This document shows, one piece after another, positions 18,566 to 27,071 of a stretch of DNA of 48,761 nt. How positions within the stretch are numbered: position 1 is the stretch's first letter; each line of letters begins with the position of its first letter. A program made the translations under genes and the position numbers. Location: the NCBI GenBank assembly GCA_039588275.1, contig JBDHAC010000025.1, positions 1-48,761 of the forward strand. Reading direction: 5' to 3'. The notes under the pieces are model-generated. The model made no database searches. It had not been told where the DNA came from and was given only the letters and a program-made list of their open reading frames with translations. Source of the DNA: Gemmatimonadota bacterium (lineage in GTDB: Bacteria > Gemmatimonadota > Gemmatimonadetes > Palauibacterales > Palauibacteraceae).

Positions 18566-19584
18566 GCGGCGCAAGATCCGGCCCGCTTCCGGTGGTGGCG
18601 CAGAAGGGGCGCTGGACATACGCGCCGCACCTCCTACTCACCGTAGGCATGGGAAGCCTGCTGACCGCGTACGTAGCGATCGGCGCGGAGTACGGGACGG
18701 CATGGCCCTGGTTGCAGGTCGCTCATGAGAGCGGCGCACGAACCCTGTTGGAGACGGTGTTCTACTTCGAGCACGCATTGCGAGAGCTGCCGCTGGACAT
18801 CCTCCTCGGTGCCGGGATCGGGGTCGCGGCTTGGACCGTGTCGCGAGAGAATGGGCTGCGTCGGCAGGGAGCCCTGGCGATATCCTCCGGGGGGCTGGCG
18901 GTGACCGTCGTGGCCATCACGGCCGGTACGGTCCTGACCGCCGGCTGGCCGGTTCTCACGTCGAACCTGGCCCAGGCTCCCTTGCGTGTGGGCAGTCCCG
19001 AAGCGTGGGGACAGCACTGGCAGTACCACGTTGTGTCACGGCTTGCCCTGTTGCTCCTCGCGCTGCCGTTCGCGGTCGTCGCTTCCGGACGCTCGACGGA
19101 CCTCTCCCTCCGCGGCGCGTTGCGTCCCGTTGTTCCCGTCTACGCCTGTTTTCTCGCCGCGACCCTCCTGTTTATTCCGTCCCCGCGTTCTGTAATCGAC
19201 CCCGTGTTCATCGGGCACCAGGCGCGGGAGTTCGCTACGCATGGCGCCGTCACGTTACCCTTGGGTACGGTGGTCGCCCTCTGGATTCGACAGGCGCGGG
19301 GTTCGAATCTGCTGAATGGCGTTCGAGCCCTCATCGCCGATCGAGCGGTGCGATGGCAGGCCGCGGCCGGCCTTGCGATCGGCTTTGCGCTGGTGATGGG
19401 AGCCATCCTGACTGGAGCCGGTTCCAGAGGACAGACCGGGGGCGTCACGGCGCTCGTATGGGTGCACTTCTTCGAGCATGCCCTGACGTATCTGGTCGTC
19501 GCGCTTACGGCAGCCACGGTAGGCGGTTCGTTAGCCAGGCCTCGACGGGCTGAGACGAGAAAGCGTGAAACCGACAATGGGTGA
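18562..19584 (+). CDS. His-rich polytopic membrane protein of unknown function
   Basis: About 8 hydrophobic segments; YFEHALRE, QHWQYH, GHQAREFATHG, VHFFEHAL; ATGA coupling to upstream GT-C. Confidence 0.75.
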   Translation: MSGARSGPLPVVAQKGRWTYAPHLLLTVGMGSLLTAYVAIGAEYGTAWPWLQVAHESGARTLLETVFYFEHALRELPLDILLGAGIGVAAWTVSRENGLRRQGALAISSGGLAVTVVAITAGTVLTAGWPVLTSNLAQAPLRVGSPEAWGQHWQYHVVSRLALLLLALPFAVVASGRSTDLSLRGALRPVVPVYACFLAATLLFIPSPRSVIDPVFIGHQAREFATHGAVTLPLGTVVALWIRQARGSNLLNGVRALIADRAVRWQAAAGLAIGFALVMGAILTGAGSRGQTGGVTALVWVHFFEHALTYLVVALTAATVGGSLARPRRAETRKRETDNG

Positions 19585-20452
19585 GGTGGGCATGGAGGCT
19601 TCGGGTGTCTCTGTGGTGGTCCCGGCGTACGACGAAGCCGCGCACATCGCAGACGAGGTCGTCACGCTTCGCGATCAGCTCGAGCGATCGGGACGCCCGT
19701 TCGAGATCTTGGTGGTCGATGACGGGTCGCGGGATGGAACCGGTGACGTCGCGGAATCGACCGGCGCGAAAGTGATCCGCCACCGCCGCAATCGAGGATA
19801 CGGCGCCGCGCTCAAGTCGGGCGTCGATGCCGCGGCGTTCGACTGGATTCTCATCACGGACGCGGATGGCACGTACCCCGCCGAGACGATCCCTGCGCTC
19901 CTCGCGAGTGCCACCGGGGTCGACATGGTCGTCGCGGCCAGGACCGGAGAGCGCGTGTCCATCCCCCTTTCCCGACGGCCGGCCAAGTGGTTCCTGCGAC
20001 GACTCGCGGGGTACCTCTCGGGCGCTCCGATTCCAGATCTGAACTCCGGGATGCGGTTGATTCGAAAGGACCTTATCGAGCGGTACCACCACCTGCTGCC
20101 CTCAGGGTTCTCGTTCACGACGACGATTACCCTCGCGGCAGTGTGCAACGACCACGAAGTGGAGTACGTGTCGATCGACTATCTGCCTCGACGCGGCGAG
20201 TCGAAGATCCGACCCCGGCACGCGTTCGACTTCACGCTGCTCATCCTGCGAACGATCGTATTCTTCAATCCGCTCAAGGTGTTCATCCCGCTGGGTGGGC
20301 TGCTCGCGCTGGTCGGGCTGGGGAAGTTCGCGTACGATCTCACGCGAAACAATCTTTCCGAGACCGCCGTCCTTGCGTTCCTCGGCGCCTTGATCGTGTG
20401 GGCGGTGGGCCTCCTTGCCGACCAGAATGCCCGCATCGCCATGAACCGTTAG
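19577..20452 (+). CDS. GT2 polyprenol-phosphate glycosyltransferase (DPM1/GtrB/ArnC-like)
   Basis: VSVVVPAYDE, VVDDGSRDGT, NRGYGAALKSG, ITDADGTY, PDLNSGMR, RRGESKI, two C-terminal TM helices. Alternative start 19592. Confidence 0.92.
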   Translation: MGEVGMEASGVSVVVPAYDEAAHIADEVVTLRDQLERSGRPFEILVVDDGSRDGTGDVAESTGAKVIRHRRNRGYGAALKSGVDAAAFDWILITDADGTYPAETIPALLASATGVDMVVAARTGERVSIPLSRRPAKWFLRRLAGYLSGAPIPDLNSGMRLIRKDLIERYHHLLPSGFSFTTTITLAAVCNDHEVEYVSIDYLPRRGESKIRPRHAFDFTLLILRTIVFFNPLKVFIPLGGLLALVGLGKFAYDLTRNNLSETAVLAFLGALIVWAVGLLADQNARIAMNR

Positions 20453-20456
20453 GCCC

Positions 20457-21428
20457 GTGAAGACGGCCCTCAGGGTTCTGGTCACCGTGAGTGTCCTCAC
20501 GGTGCTCCTCCTCCTGCTGCCTTTGAACGAGCTGTGGGGCGCGTTTCGGCGTCTGTCGCTCCTCGTTTGGCTGGGCGTCGTCGTCGGATTCTTGACCGGC
20601 CACGCGATCGGCATCATGAAATGGCGGCGGATCCTGAGAGCGGGACGAGCCCCGCTCTCGGTCCGCGATGGAGCGCGCTGTTACTCCGCCGGCCTGTTCG
20701 CGAACCTCTGCCTCCCGAGCATCGTCGGGGGGGACGTCCTCAGGGCCGTGCTGGCGGGGCGTGCGACCGGGCGGCCCGAAGCGGTGACGATCGGGAGTGT
20801 TGGAGATCGACTGTGCGACGTACTGGCTCTCGCTGGTATCGCGACGGTGGGCGCAGTGCTGGCGCGCGCAGCGCTCCCTGGATGGGGCCCCAAAGTCATC
20901 GGCGCCCTGGCGGTCGTCGGGTTCATCGGCGCTGCTCTGTTCGTTCCGCTCGCGTTGAGACGTCCGCTAGACGCTTGGCCGAGGAAGATCCGTAGACAGG
21001 TCGGTCGCACCCTCGTGGCGCTAAGACGGCTCGCGCGCGCGCCCGGCATCGCCCTGAGCGTAATTGGGCTCTCGCTCGCGATTCAGACGACGTTCATCCT
21101 CCTCAACGCGTGGCTTGGCCGAAGCCTAGGGGTCGAGGTGCCACTCGCGGTCTGGTTCTTCGCATGGCCCGTTGCCAAGGTCGCCGGGCTGCTGCCGGTG
21201 AGTCTCGGCGGGCTGGGGGTGCGCGACGCCACGTTGGGGGCGGCGCTCATCCCCTTCGGCGTCCCGATGACGAGCGGCGTAGCGGTTTCGCTCGTGTGGG
21301 AGACCGTTTTGATCGTGGGGGGGTTGCTCGCGGGCGGCACCTGGGTGCTGTTGAGCCGGCGCGGCGGGGAGGTCGTTGGGTCGCCGCTCTCGATGATGAG
21401 ACGGACCAGGACGTCGGGGAACGCGTGA
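20457..21428 (+). CDS. Lysylphosphatidylglycerol-synthase-TM / UPF0104 flippase-like membrane protein
   Basis: KWRRIL, GLFANLCLPSIVGGDVLR, GDRLCD, LPVSLGGLGVRD. Confidence 0.88.
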   Translation: MKTALRVLVTVSVLTVLLLLLPLNELWGAFRRLSLLVWLGVVVGFLTGHAIGIMKWRRILRAGRAPLSVRDGARCYSAGLFANLCLPSIVGGDVLRAVLAGRATGRPEAVTIGSVGDRLCDVLALAGIATVGAVLARAALPGWGPKVIGALAVVGFIGAALFVPLALRRPLDAWPRKIRRQVGRTLVALRRLARAPGIALSVIGLSLAIQTTFILLNAWLGRSLGVEVPLAVWFFAWPVAKVAGLLPVSLGGLGVRDATLGAALIPFGVPMTSGVAVSLVWETVLIVGGLLAGGTWVLLSRRGGEVVGSPLSMMRRTRTSGNA

Positions 21429-22858
21429 GCGCACAGTCCGACGGGATGAAGATCGCGATCCTGGGCGGAGGGCCCGCAGGCGTGGGTGCCGCGTTCAAGC
21501 TCCGGACGTTGGGGAAGGGAGAAGTCGACCTCTTCGAGGCACAGTCCCACGTTGGCGGCCACGCGGCGAGCTTCAAGCTACAGGGCCAGTTCGTCGACTT
21601 CGGGAGCCACCGACTGCACCCCGCGTGCGACCCGGAGATCCTTGCGGACATCGGCGAACTGCTCGGATCCGAACTCCTGATGCGACCACGACACGGTCGC
21701 ATACGGATGCGCGGCCGCTGGATTCACTTCCCGCTCAAGCCCCTGGATCTCCTGCTCCGACTCGACCGCCGGTTCGCGATCGACGCGCTCCTCGACACGC
21801 TTCGGAAGCGGTTCGCGCCCGCCGAGCACGGACCGGAGAACTTCGCGACCGTGCTCCGGACCCAGTTGGGCGAGACAATCTGCAGGGATTTCTACTTCCC
21901 CTACGCGCGGAAGCTGTGGGGACTCGCGCCCGACGAGCTCTCAGCGACGCAGGCACGCCGTCGCGTGGCCGCGAACTCGGTTGGGAAGCTGATCCGTAAG
22001 GTGCTCGGACAACTCCCGGGCGTGAGGCCCGTCGGGTTCAACCATTTCCATTATCCACGAGAGGGGTTCGGGGCGATAAGCCTCGGATATGCGAGGGCTG
22101 CCGTCGCTGACGGTGCGCGCCTACATCTCGAACACCGGGTGACACGACTTACGCAGACGGGGCAGAGAAGCGGCTGGACCGTGGAATCTACCGGGCCGAA
22201 GGGACAGGCGCGCTCGGTGGTAGCGGACTTCGTGTTCTCGACGCTTCCGATCACCGTTCTGGCCCGGCTGATGGATCCACCGCCCGATCCCGGTGTCTTG
22301 GAGGCGGCGAACGGCCTGACCTACCGAGCGATGGTGCTCATCTATCTGACGTTTGCCGCCGATCGTTTTACGGAGTACGACGCGCACTACTTTCCGGGAG
22401 CGGACGTGCCGATCACGCGGCTATCGGAAACGAAGAACTACTCGCTCGTTCGTGAGCCGGCGGGTCGAACAACCGTGCGCGCGGAGCTTCCCTGCTCGCC
22501 TGAGGACGACGCGTGGGGCATGACGGACGCGGAGTTGAGCGATCTGGTGGCCGGCCATCTGAGATCCCTCGGGCTCGAGGTACCGGAGATCGTGAGCGTC
22601 CACGTCCGCCGACTCCCGTTTGTCTATCCGGTCTACGCCGCGGGGTACGAGCGTCACTTCAGGACGCTCGACCGCTGGGCCACGGGGCTGCCCGAGCTGG
22701 TGTCCTTCGGTCGCCAGGGGCTCTTCGCACACGACAACACGCACCACGCGCTGGCAATGGCATACGCGGCCGTCGAATGCCTCGGCCCGGACGGGTTTGA
22801 CGCACGGCGGTGGGAGGGATATCGAAGCGACTTCGAGACGCACGTCGTAGAGGACTGA
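21425..22858 (+). CDS. Second FAD-dependent oxidoreductase, PPO/UGM-like
   Basis: IAILGGGPAG, VDFGSHRLH, PYARKLWG, YP.EGFG, GRQGLFAHDNTHHA. GTG21425 (GTGA overlap) or ATG21446. Confidence 0.85.
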   Translation: MSAQSDGMKIAILGGGPAGVGAAFKLRTLGKGEVDLFEAQSHVGGHAASFKLQGQFVDFGSHRLHPACDPEILADIGELLGSELLMRPRHGRIRMRGRWIHFPLKPLDLLLRLDRRFAIDALLDTLRKRFAPAEHGPENFATVLRTQLGETICRDFYFPYARKLWGLAPDELSATQARRRVAANSVGKLIRKVLGQLPGVRPVGFNHFHYPREGFGAISLGYARAAVADGARLHLEHRVTRLTQTGQRSGWTVESTGPKGQARSVVADFVFSTLPITVLARLMDPPPDPGVLEAANGLTYRAMVLIYLTFAADRFTEYDAHYFPGADVPITRLSETKNYSLVREPAGRTTVRAELPCSPEDDAWGMTDAELSDLVAGHLRSLGLEVPEIVSVHVRRLPFVYPVYAAGYERHFRTLDRWATGLPELVSFGRQGLFAHDNTHHALAMAYAAVECLGPDGFDARRWEGYRSDFETHVVED

Positions 22859-22957
22859 ATCGCGCGAACCGGGGCGTGTGGCGTCCATGCTACGCTGGAG
22901 ACGCGGATCCACGCTCCACACGACCGCGCCGCTCGCAGCCTGGAAGGGTCACGAACG

Positions 22958-22973
22958 CGGCACGGTAGTTGCT
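22958..22973 (+). promoter_or_regulatory. Sigma54 (-24/-12) promoter of radical SAM gene
   Basis: CGGCACGGTAGTTGCT closely matches YGGCACGNNNNTTGCW; 45 bp upstream of ATG23018, which has a GGAGG RBS. Confidence 0.72.
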
Positions 22974-23017
22974 CGATCTGCTTGAGTGTGAACTAGATAA
23001 GGCTGGAGGTCAGTTAG

Positions 23018-24271
23018 ATGAAGTTCGCCGCCCGAGTCGCGCGTCACGTCCGCGTCACGAAGAAGAACTACGAGGAGCTGCCCAGTCCCCCGTTTCTCGT
23101 GCTCTTCATCAATTCGATCTGCAACATGAAGTGCGACCACTGCTTCTACTGGCGCAGCCTCAACCAGAAAGACGATTTGACCTTCGAGGAGCTCGTGGAG
23201 CTGTCGGAGTCGCTCGGTCGGGTCGAGAACCTCAACCTGTCGGGTGGAGAGCCGTTCATCCGGAAGGACTTCGCCGACGTGTGCCGCCAGTTCATCCGGC
23301 ACAACGGGGTCCGGCAGATCTACGTACCCACCAACGGTTACTTCACCAAGTGGACGATCGAGAAGATCTCCGAGGTGCTCGAGGAACCGGATCTGGACCT
23401 GTTCGTGGCCGAGCTCTCGCTCGACGGGATGCCGGAGTTCCACGATACGTTCCGAGTCGCCAAGAACGCCTTCAAGAAGGCGATGGAGACGTACGACGCC
23501 CTCGTCGAGCTCCAGAGGAAAGACCCGCGGCTTCGCATCCATTCGATCTCGACCGCGACGGACATCAACATGGACGAGATCAAGAAGCTGACGACCTACC
23601 TGTACGAGCGCTGCCCGAACATGGACCACCACAACCTCGCCATCATCCGGGGTGACCGGAAGGATCCGTCGTTGGAAGGTCCGGCGCTCGAGAAATACGA
23701 GGAGCTGTACGAGTACATCCAGCGGCTGTGGGCGCCACGCGAGGAGGGGCGGTACGGATCGATCGTCGAGCCGTTGCTCCAATGGGGCAAGGTCAAGACG
23801 ATCAAGGAGAGGGATCAGGTGGTCCCCTGCCGGGCCGGTCGATTGAGCGCGGTCGTGTACGCGAACGGCGACGTGGGCGTGTGCGAGATCCACGAGCCGC
23901 TGGGCAACCTTCGGCGGCAGTCGTTCTGGGAGATCTGGAAGTCTGCCGAGGCGAAGGCGCTCCGCGGCTGCATCAGCAACAAGGAATGCTACTGTACGAC
24001 CGAGGTCTTCATGTGGTCGAGCATCGTGCACCAACCGGTCCAACTCGTCCGCGCGTTCGCGGGCTCGAAGGCCTGGAGGAAGGCGAAACCGCTCGCGAAC
24101 GGGGATCGGGTCCCGATCGCGATCGGCCCCGATGGATTGCCGGTACCCCAGACGCGCCCCGGCGGAGACGGGTCGGAGGACGAAGCCGCGCCGACCGATG
24201 CCGAAGTCGGGGGCGGCGCGGAGATCGAGCCCGAACGGTTGGTGCAGCTCAGGACCTCCACCCCAGAGTGA
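23018..24271 (+). CDS. Radical SAM enzyme with SPASM/twitch domain
   Basis: CNMKCDHC (CxxxCxxC), LSGGEPF, PTNG, SLDG; C-terminal PCRAG....[10 protein letters not shown]...LGNL...CYC; acidic low-complexity tail. Confidence 0.92.
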   Translation: MKFAARVARHVRVTKKNYEELPSPPFLVLFINSICNMKCDHCFYWRSLNQKDDLTFEELVELSESLGRVENLNLSGGEPFIRKDFADVCRQFIRHNGVRQIYVPTNGYFTKWTIEKISEVLEEPDLDLFVAELSLDGMPEFHDTFRVAKNAFKKAMETYDALVELQRKDPRLRIHSISTATDINMDEIKKLTTYLYERCPNMDHHNLAIIRGDRKDPSLEGPALEKYEELYEYIQRLWAPREEGRYGSIVEPLLQWGKVKTIKERDQVVPCRAGRLSAVVYANGDVGVCEIHEPLGNLRRQSFWEIWKSAEAKALRGCISNKECYCTTEVFMWSSIVHQPVQLVRAFAGSKAWRKAKPLANGDRVPIAIGPDGLPVPQTRPGGDGSEDEAAPTDAEVGGGAEIEPERLVQLRTSTPE

Positions 24272-25266
24272 CCGGCAGCGGGACCGACCCCGGGCTACGT
24301 GACGCCACCTACGCCCCGGAGCATGTACCCGCCCGCGATCGTCACCCCCGACACGACGCGTCGGTTACCGTCACCGTCGTAGCCATTTGCGGTGCGTATC
24401 ACCTCCGACGGTGCCTGGCGGCTCTGGACGCGCAGACCGGCGGACCGCCGTTCGCGGTGATGGTGGTCTACGACCCGCAGCTCGACGACGTGGCTGCCAT
24501 AGCCGCCGAGCGCCCGGAGATTCCGTTCATCGCGAACGCGGGTCAGCGAACACCGCTCGAGCTCGCCGCACGCGCTGTGCGGGAGGCCACGGGAGACCTC
24601 ATTCTCCTCACCGAAGATCACTGCGTCCCCCACGCGGACTGGGTCCACCAGATGGTGGGGGCGCAGCGACCCGAACGGGCCGCGGTCGGGGGAGCGGTCG
24701 AAGCTCTCCCCGGCGGTACCGCGGCCGACTGGGCGTTCTACCTTGTGGATTACTTCCGTTACATGCCGCCGCTGGTGGCCGGCTCCTCGCCCAGTCTGAC
24801 GGTGTGCAACGTAGCCTACCGGCGCGACAGGCTCGATGAGATCGCCGGCCTCTGGGAGGTGATCTTCCACGAGACCGCCATCAACGAGGCGCTCAAGGCC
24901 CGTTTCGGAAAGCTGTGGCTGGAGCCTTCCGCGGTGGTCGGGATGCGGCGACACGTGCGCTTTCGTGACGCCCTGTACGAGCGCTACGCATTCGGTCGTC
25001 TGTTCGGGTGCACACGTCTCGGCTTCATGCCCGGCTGGCGCCGAGCCTACTTCGGGCTCCTGGCTCCGCTTCTTCCGGTACTGCTCTTGAGCCGCATGAT
25101 CGGACGCTCGCTGGCGAGCCGGCGGAACGCGGCCCGCCTCGTCCGCTCGTCTCCGTATCTCGTCGCCCTGGTGCTCGCCTGGTCGTGGGGCGAATGGCTC
25201 GGGTATCTGACCCTACGACGCCCGCGGTCGGAGCTAGTGGCGCCCGAGCTGGGCCAAGAGTCATAG
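24268..25266 (+). CDS. GT2-like glycosyltransferase with C-terminal membrane segments
   Basis: GTGA overlap with radical SAM stop; [47 protein letters not shown]. Confidence 0.8.
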   Translation: MTGSGTDPGLRDATYAPEHVPARDRHPRHDASVTVTVVAICGAYHLRRCLAALDAQTGGPPFAVMVVYDPQLDDVAAIAAERPEIPFIANAGQRTPLELAARAVREATGDLILLTEDHCVPHADWVHQMVGAQRPERAAVGGAVEALPGGTAADWAFYLVDYFRYMPPLVAGSSPSLTVCNVAYRRDRLDEIAGLWEVIFHETAINEALKARFGKLWLEPSAVVGMRRHVRFRDALYERYAFGRLFGCTRLGFMPGWRRAYFGLLAPLLPVLLLSRMIGRSLASRRNAARLVRSSPYLVALVLAWSWGEWLGYLTLRRPRSELVAPELGQES

Positions 25267-25290
25267 GCAGGCCTTTCACCGGGACTTGAC

Positions 25291-25313
25291 CCCCGGTCGC
25301 AAGCGACCCGGGG
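25291..25313. terminator. GC-rich hairpin between convergent genes (possible terminator)
   Basis: CCCCGGTCG-CAAG-CGACCCGGGG stem-loop (1-nt bulge); no clear U-tract. Confidence 0.3.
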
Positions 25314-25348
25314 CTTGCGGCTGCCTCGGGCTCACAGACCCCCCGGCC

Positions 25349-26718
25349 TCACATGGCGGCCTCGGTGGCGCGGAAAAACACGTGGTCGGGGATATCGGCC
25401 TCGCGTTTCCAGCGTGCGGAGGCCGTCCACGCGTCGGGTGGTGGTAGCGACACAGGAGCAGCGTGTTCTCCAGGCTCGTCTCGCCTCCATCGGCCCAATG
25501 CACGACTTGGTGTGCCTCGGTGAAGCGGAGCCCGCAGCCCGGGAAGCGACACCCCCGGTCCCGAACGTCGAGGGCCCGTCGTAGCGCGGGCGAAATCGTT
25601 CGGGTCCGACGACCGACGGTCAGGATGGGAGCTCGGCGCCCGTTACCCGAGGCCCCTCGTGACCGCGCGAGCCGCACGAGGCTCGCGTCGCACGAAAGCC
25701 GGCGGGACGTTTCCGCGGAAACGCGGGTGCCATCCTCGAGCTCCGAGCGACCGGGCTCGCCCTCCTCGGCCAACGTGTCGGAGTCTACGTGCAGCACGAC
25801 TTGGTGCCGCTCGGCCCGGGTGCCCGAGATCGGCGCGTCGGTATCCGGGCGCCGGCAGGTGCACCCGGGTGCCTCCACCGCCGCCCGGCCGGGTGCGCCG
25901 AACCCCGCCACGAGCGCCCGCTCGGCCAAAAGGCCGATCGCGTCAGCCCGCCGCCGGGCCGCCTCGCGAGCGGTATCGAGTCCGAGCTCTCGCAACACCG
26001 GGTCCGCCGCCGCCTCACTCGCCGCCTCACTCGCCCCCTCACCCGTCCCTTCGGCGACCTTCCGCAGCTCACGGTAGAGCGCGTCGCTCGCCGCCTCCAC
26101 GGCCCGCATGAGAAGCGCCCCGACCTCGGGATCCAATCGGCCCTGCACCACGTACATGCCGTCGTCGTCGGGGAACACCGAGAAGGCCCGCGAGAGGTGA
26201 CGCTGTTGCTCCCACGCCGCCTCGTCCGCGCGGCTGCCCTTCTTCCACGCGCGCACCACCCGCTCCAGCTGCGCGGCCGTGCACCCCTCGGCCAGCTCCA
26301 AGAGATCGGCCTCCGTATCCGCCTCTGCCACCCGGGACAGGGCCCGGACCTGCGAGAGGGAGAGCGCGCCGCGAGCCATCGCCTCGCCCGTACGGGGCAG
26401 TCCCTCGAGCGCACGGGCGACCCGTACGTGCTCGCGTGCGGTGCCCAGATCGAGGCCCGTGCGGAAGGAGAGCCAGTGGGCGCAACTCTGGTGACCCGCC
26501 GGCTCCCAGCCGTGCAACCGGTCGAACCGGGCGATCAGCACGAGGAAACGGTGCGTGGCGGCGTGGATGTGCGCGGCCAGGGTGGCGATCTCGTCGCCCA
26601 GATCCTCGACCACGTCCGGATCGACCGGCTCAGCCACATCTCGATCGACACCAGCCTGCGTCTCGTCGGCGGGTTCTGTCTCGGTGAGCTCTGTCTCGGC
26701 CCGTGCCGCGTAGCCCAT
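25349..26718 (-). pseudogene. DUF222 / HNH endonuclease family protein, C-terminally frameshifted by a deletion
   Basis: N-terminal EIATLAAHIHAA..FD...W...SCAHWLS.RTG...TAREHVRVARAL (DUF222-type); RDRGCRFPGC, HWADGGETSLENTLLLCRYHH. Frame breaks at ~25438; the natural-looking end PDAWTASARWKREADIPDHVFFRATEAAM* lies in another frame (stop at 25349). RBS GAGAGGGGG. Confidence 0.78.
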
Positions 26719-26806
26719 CGCGTCCCCCTCTCTCAGGTCAAACTCACGTCCACAAGACGCTTCCCTGAAACAAGTTGCAGGACGCTATCAACCGGCTGTG
26801 AACGCG

Positions 26807-26851
26807 CCGGGCGGCGCTCTGAACCGGGCGGCGCTCTGAACCGGGCGGCGC
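26807..26851. repeat. 17-bp tandem repeat CCGGGCGGCGCTCTGAA x2.6
   Basis: Copies start at 26807, 26824 and 26841 (partial). Confidence 0.85.
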
Positions 26852-26866
26852 GCCGGCTCTTAACCT

Positions 26867-26927
26867 GCCGGGGGCATCACCCAGTATGCCTCGCGCCGGG
26901 GGCATCACCCAGGATGCCTCGCGCCGG
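26867..26927. repeat. 28-bp tandem repeat GCCGGGGGCATCACCCAG(T/G)ATGCCTCGC x2.2 with internal hairpin
   Basis: Copies at 26867 and 26895 (1 mismatch); internal inverted repeat GGCAT...ATGCC. Confidence 0.85.
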
Positions 26928-27071
26928 ATGCCTGACTCGGAACACTTCCCCGCCGGCACCCGGCTCGGAGTGACCAAACGTCCTGTGGCGCACAACTCGC
27001 CTGGAGCTGGTGGGACGGACGCGTCCGCGCGACCCTGGCGACACACCTGAAGACCGCGTCACCTTTCCCAT

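Noticed and set aside
23728..24267. N-terminal extension of the last GT2 (and similarly 21110-21424 for the flavoprotein)
   Set aside because: Overlaps a well-supported upstream gene in another frame; GTGA-coupled starts exist at 24268 and 21425.
23018..24271. Anaerobic sulfatase maturase (anSME)
   Set aside because: The neighbouring sulfatase-like protein lacks the C/S-x-P-x-R target, and the C-terminal Cys pattern is sparser than the anSME SPASM motif.
3076..25266. Aminoglycoside or other secreted-metabolite biosynthetic cluster (BtrN/NeoQ/BtrM-like enzyme types)
   Set aside because: No 2-deoxy-scyllo-inosose synthase, aminotransferase, resistance gene or exporter; the GT-C and polyprenol GT genes point to envelope glycosylation.
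26986..27000. Sigma54 motif TGGCGCACAACTCGC upstream of the HAD gene
   Set aside because: Spacing is right, but both boxes deviate from consensus (GGCG, TCGC); too weak in a GC-rich background.
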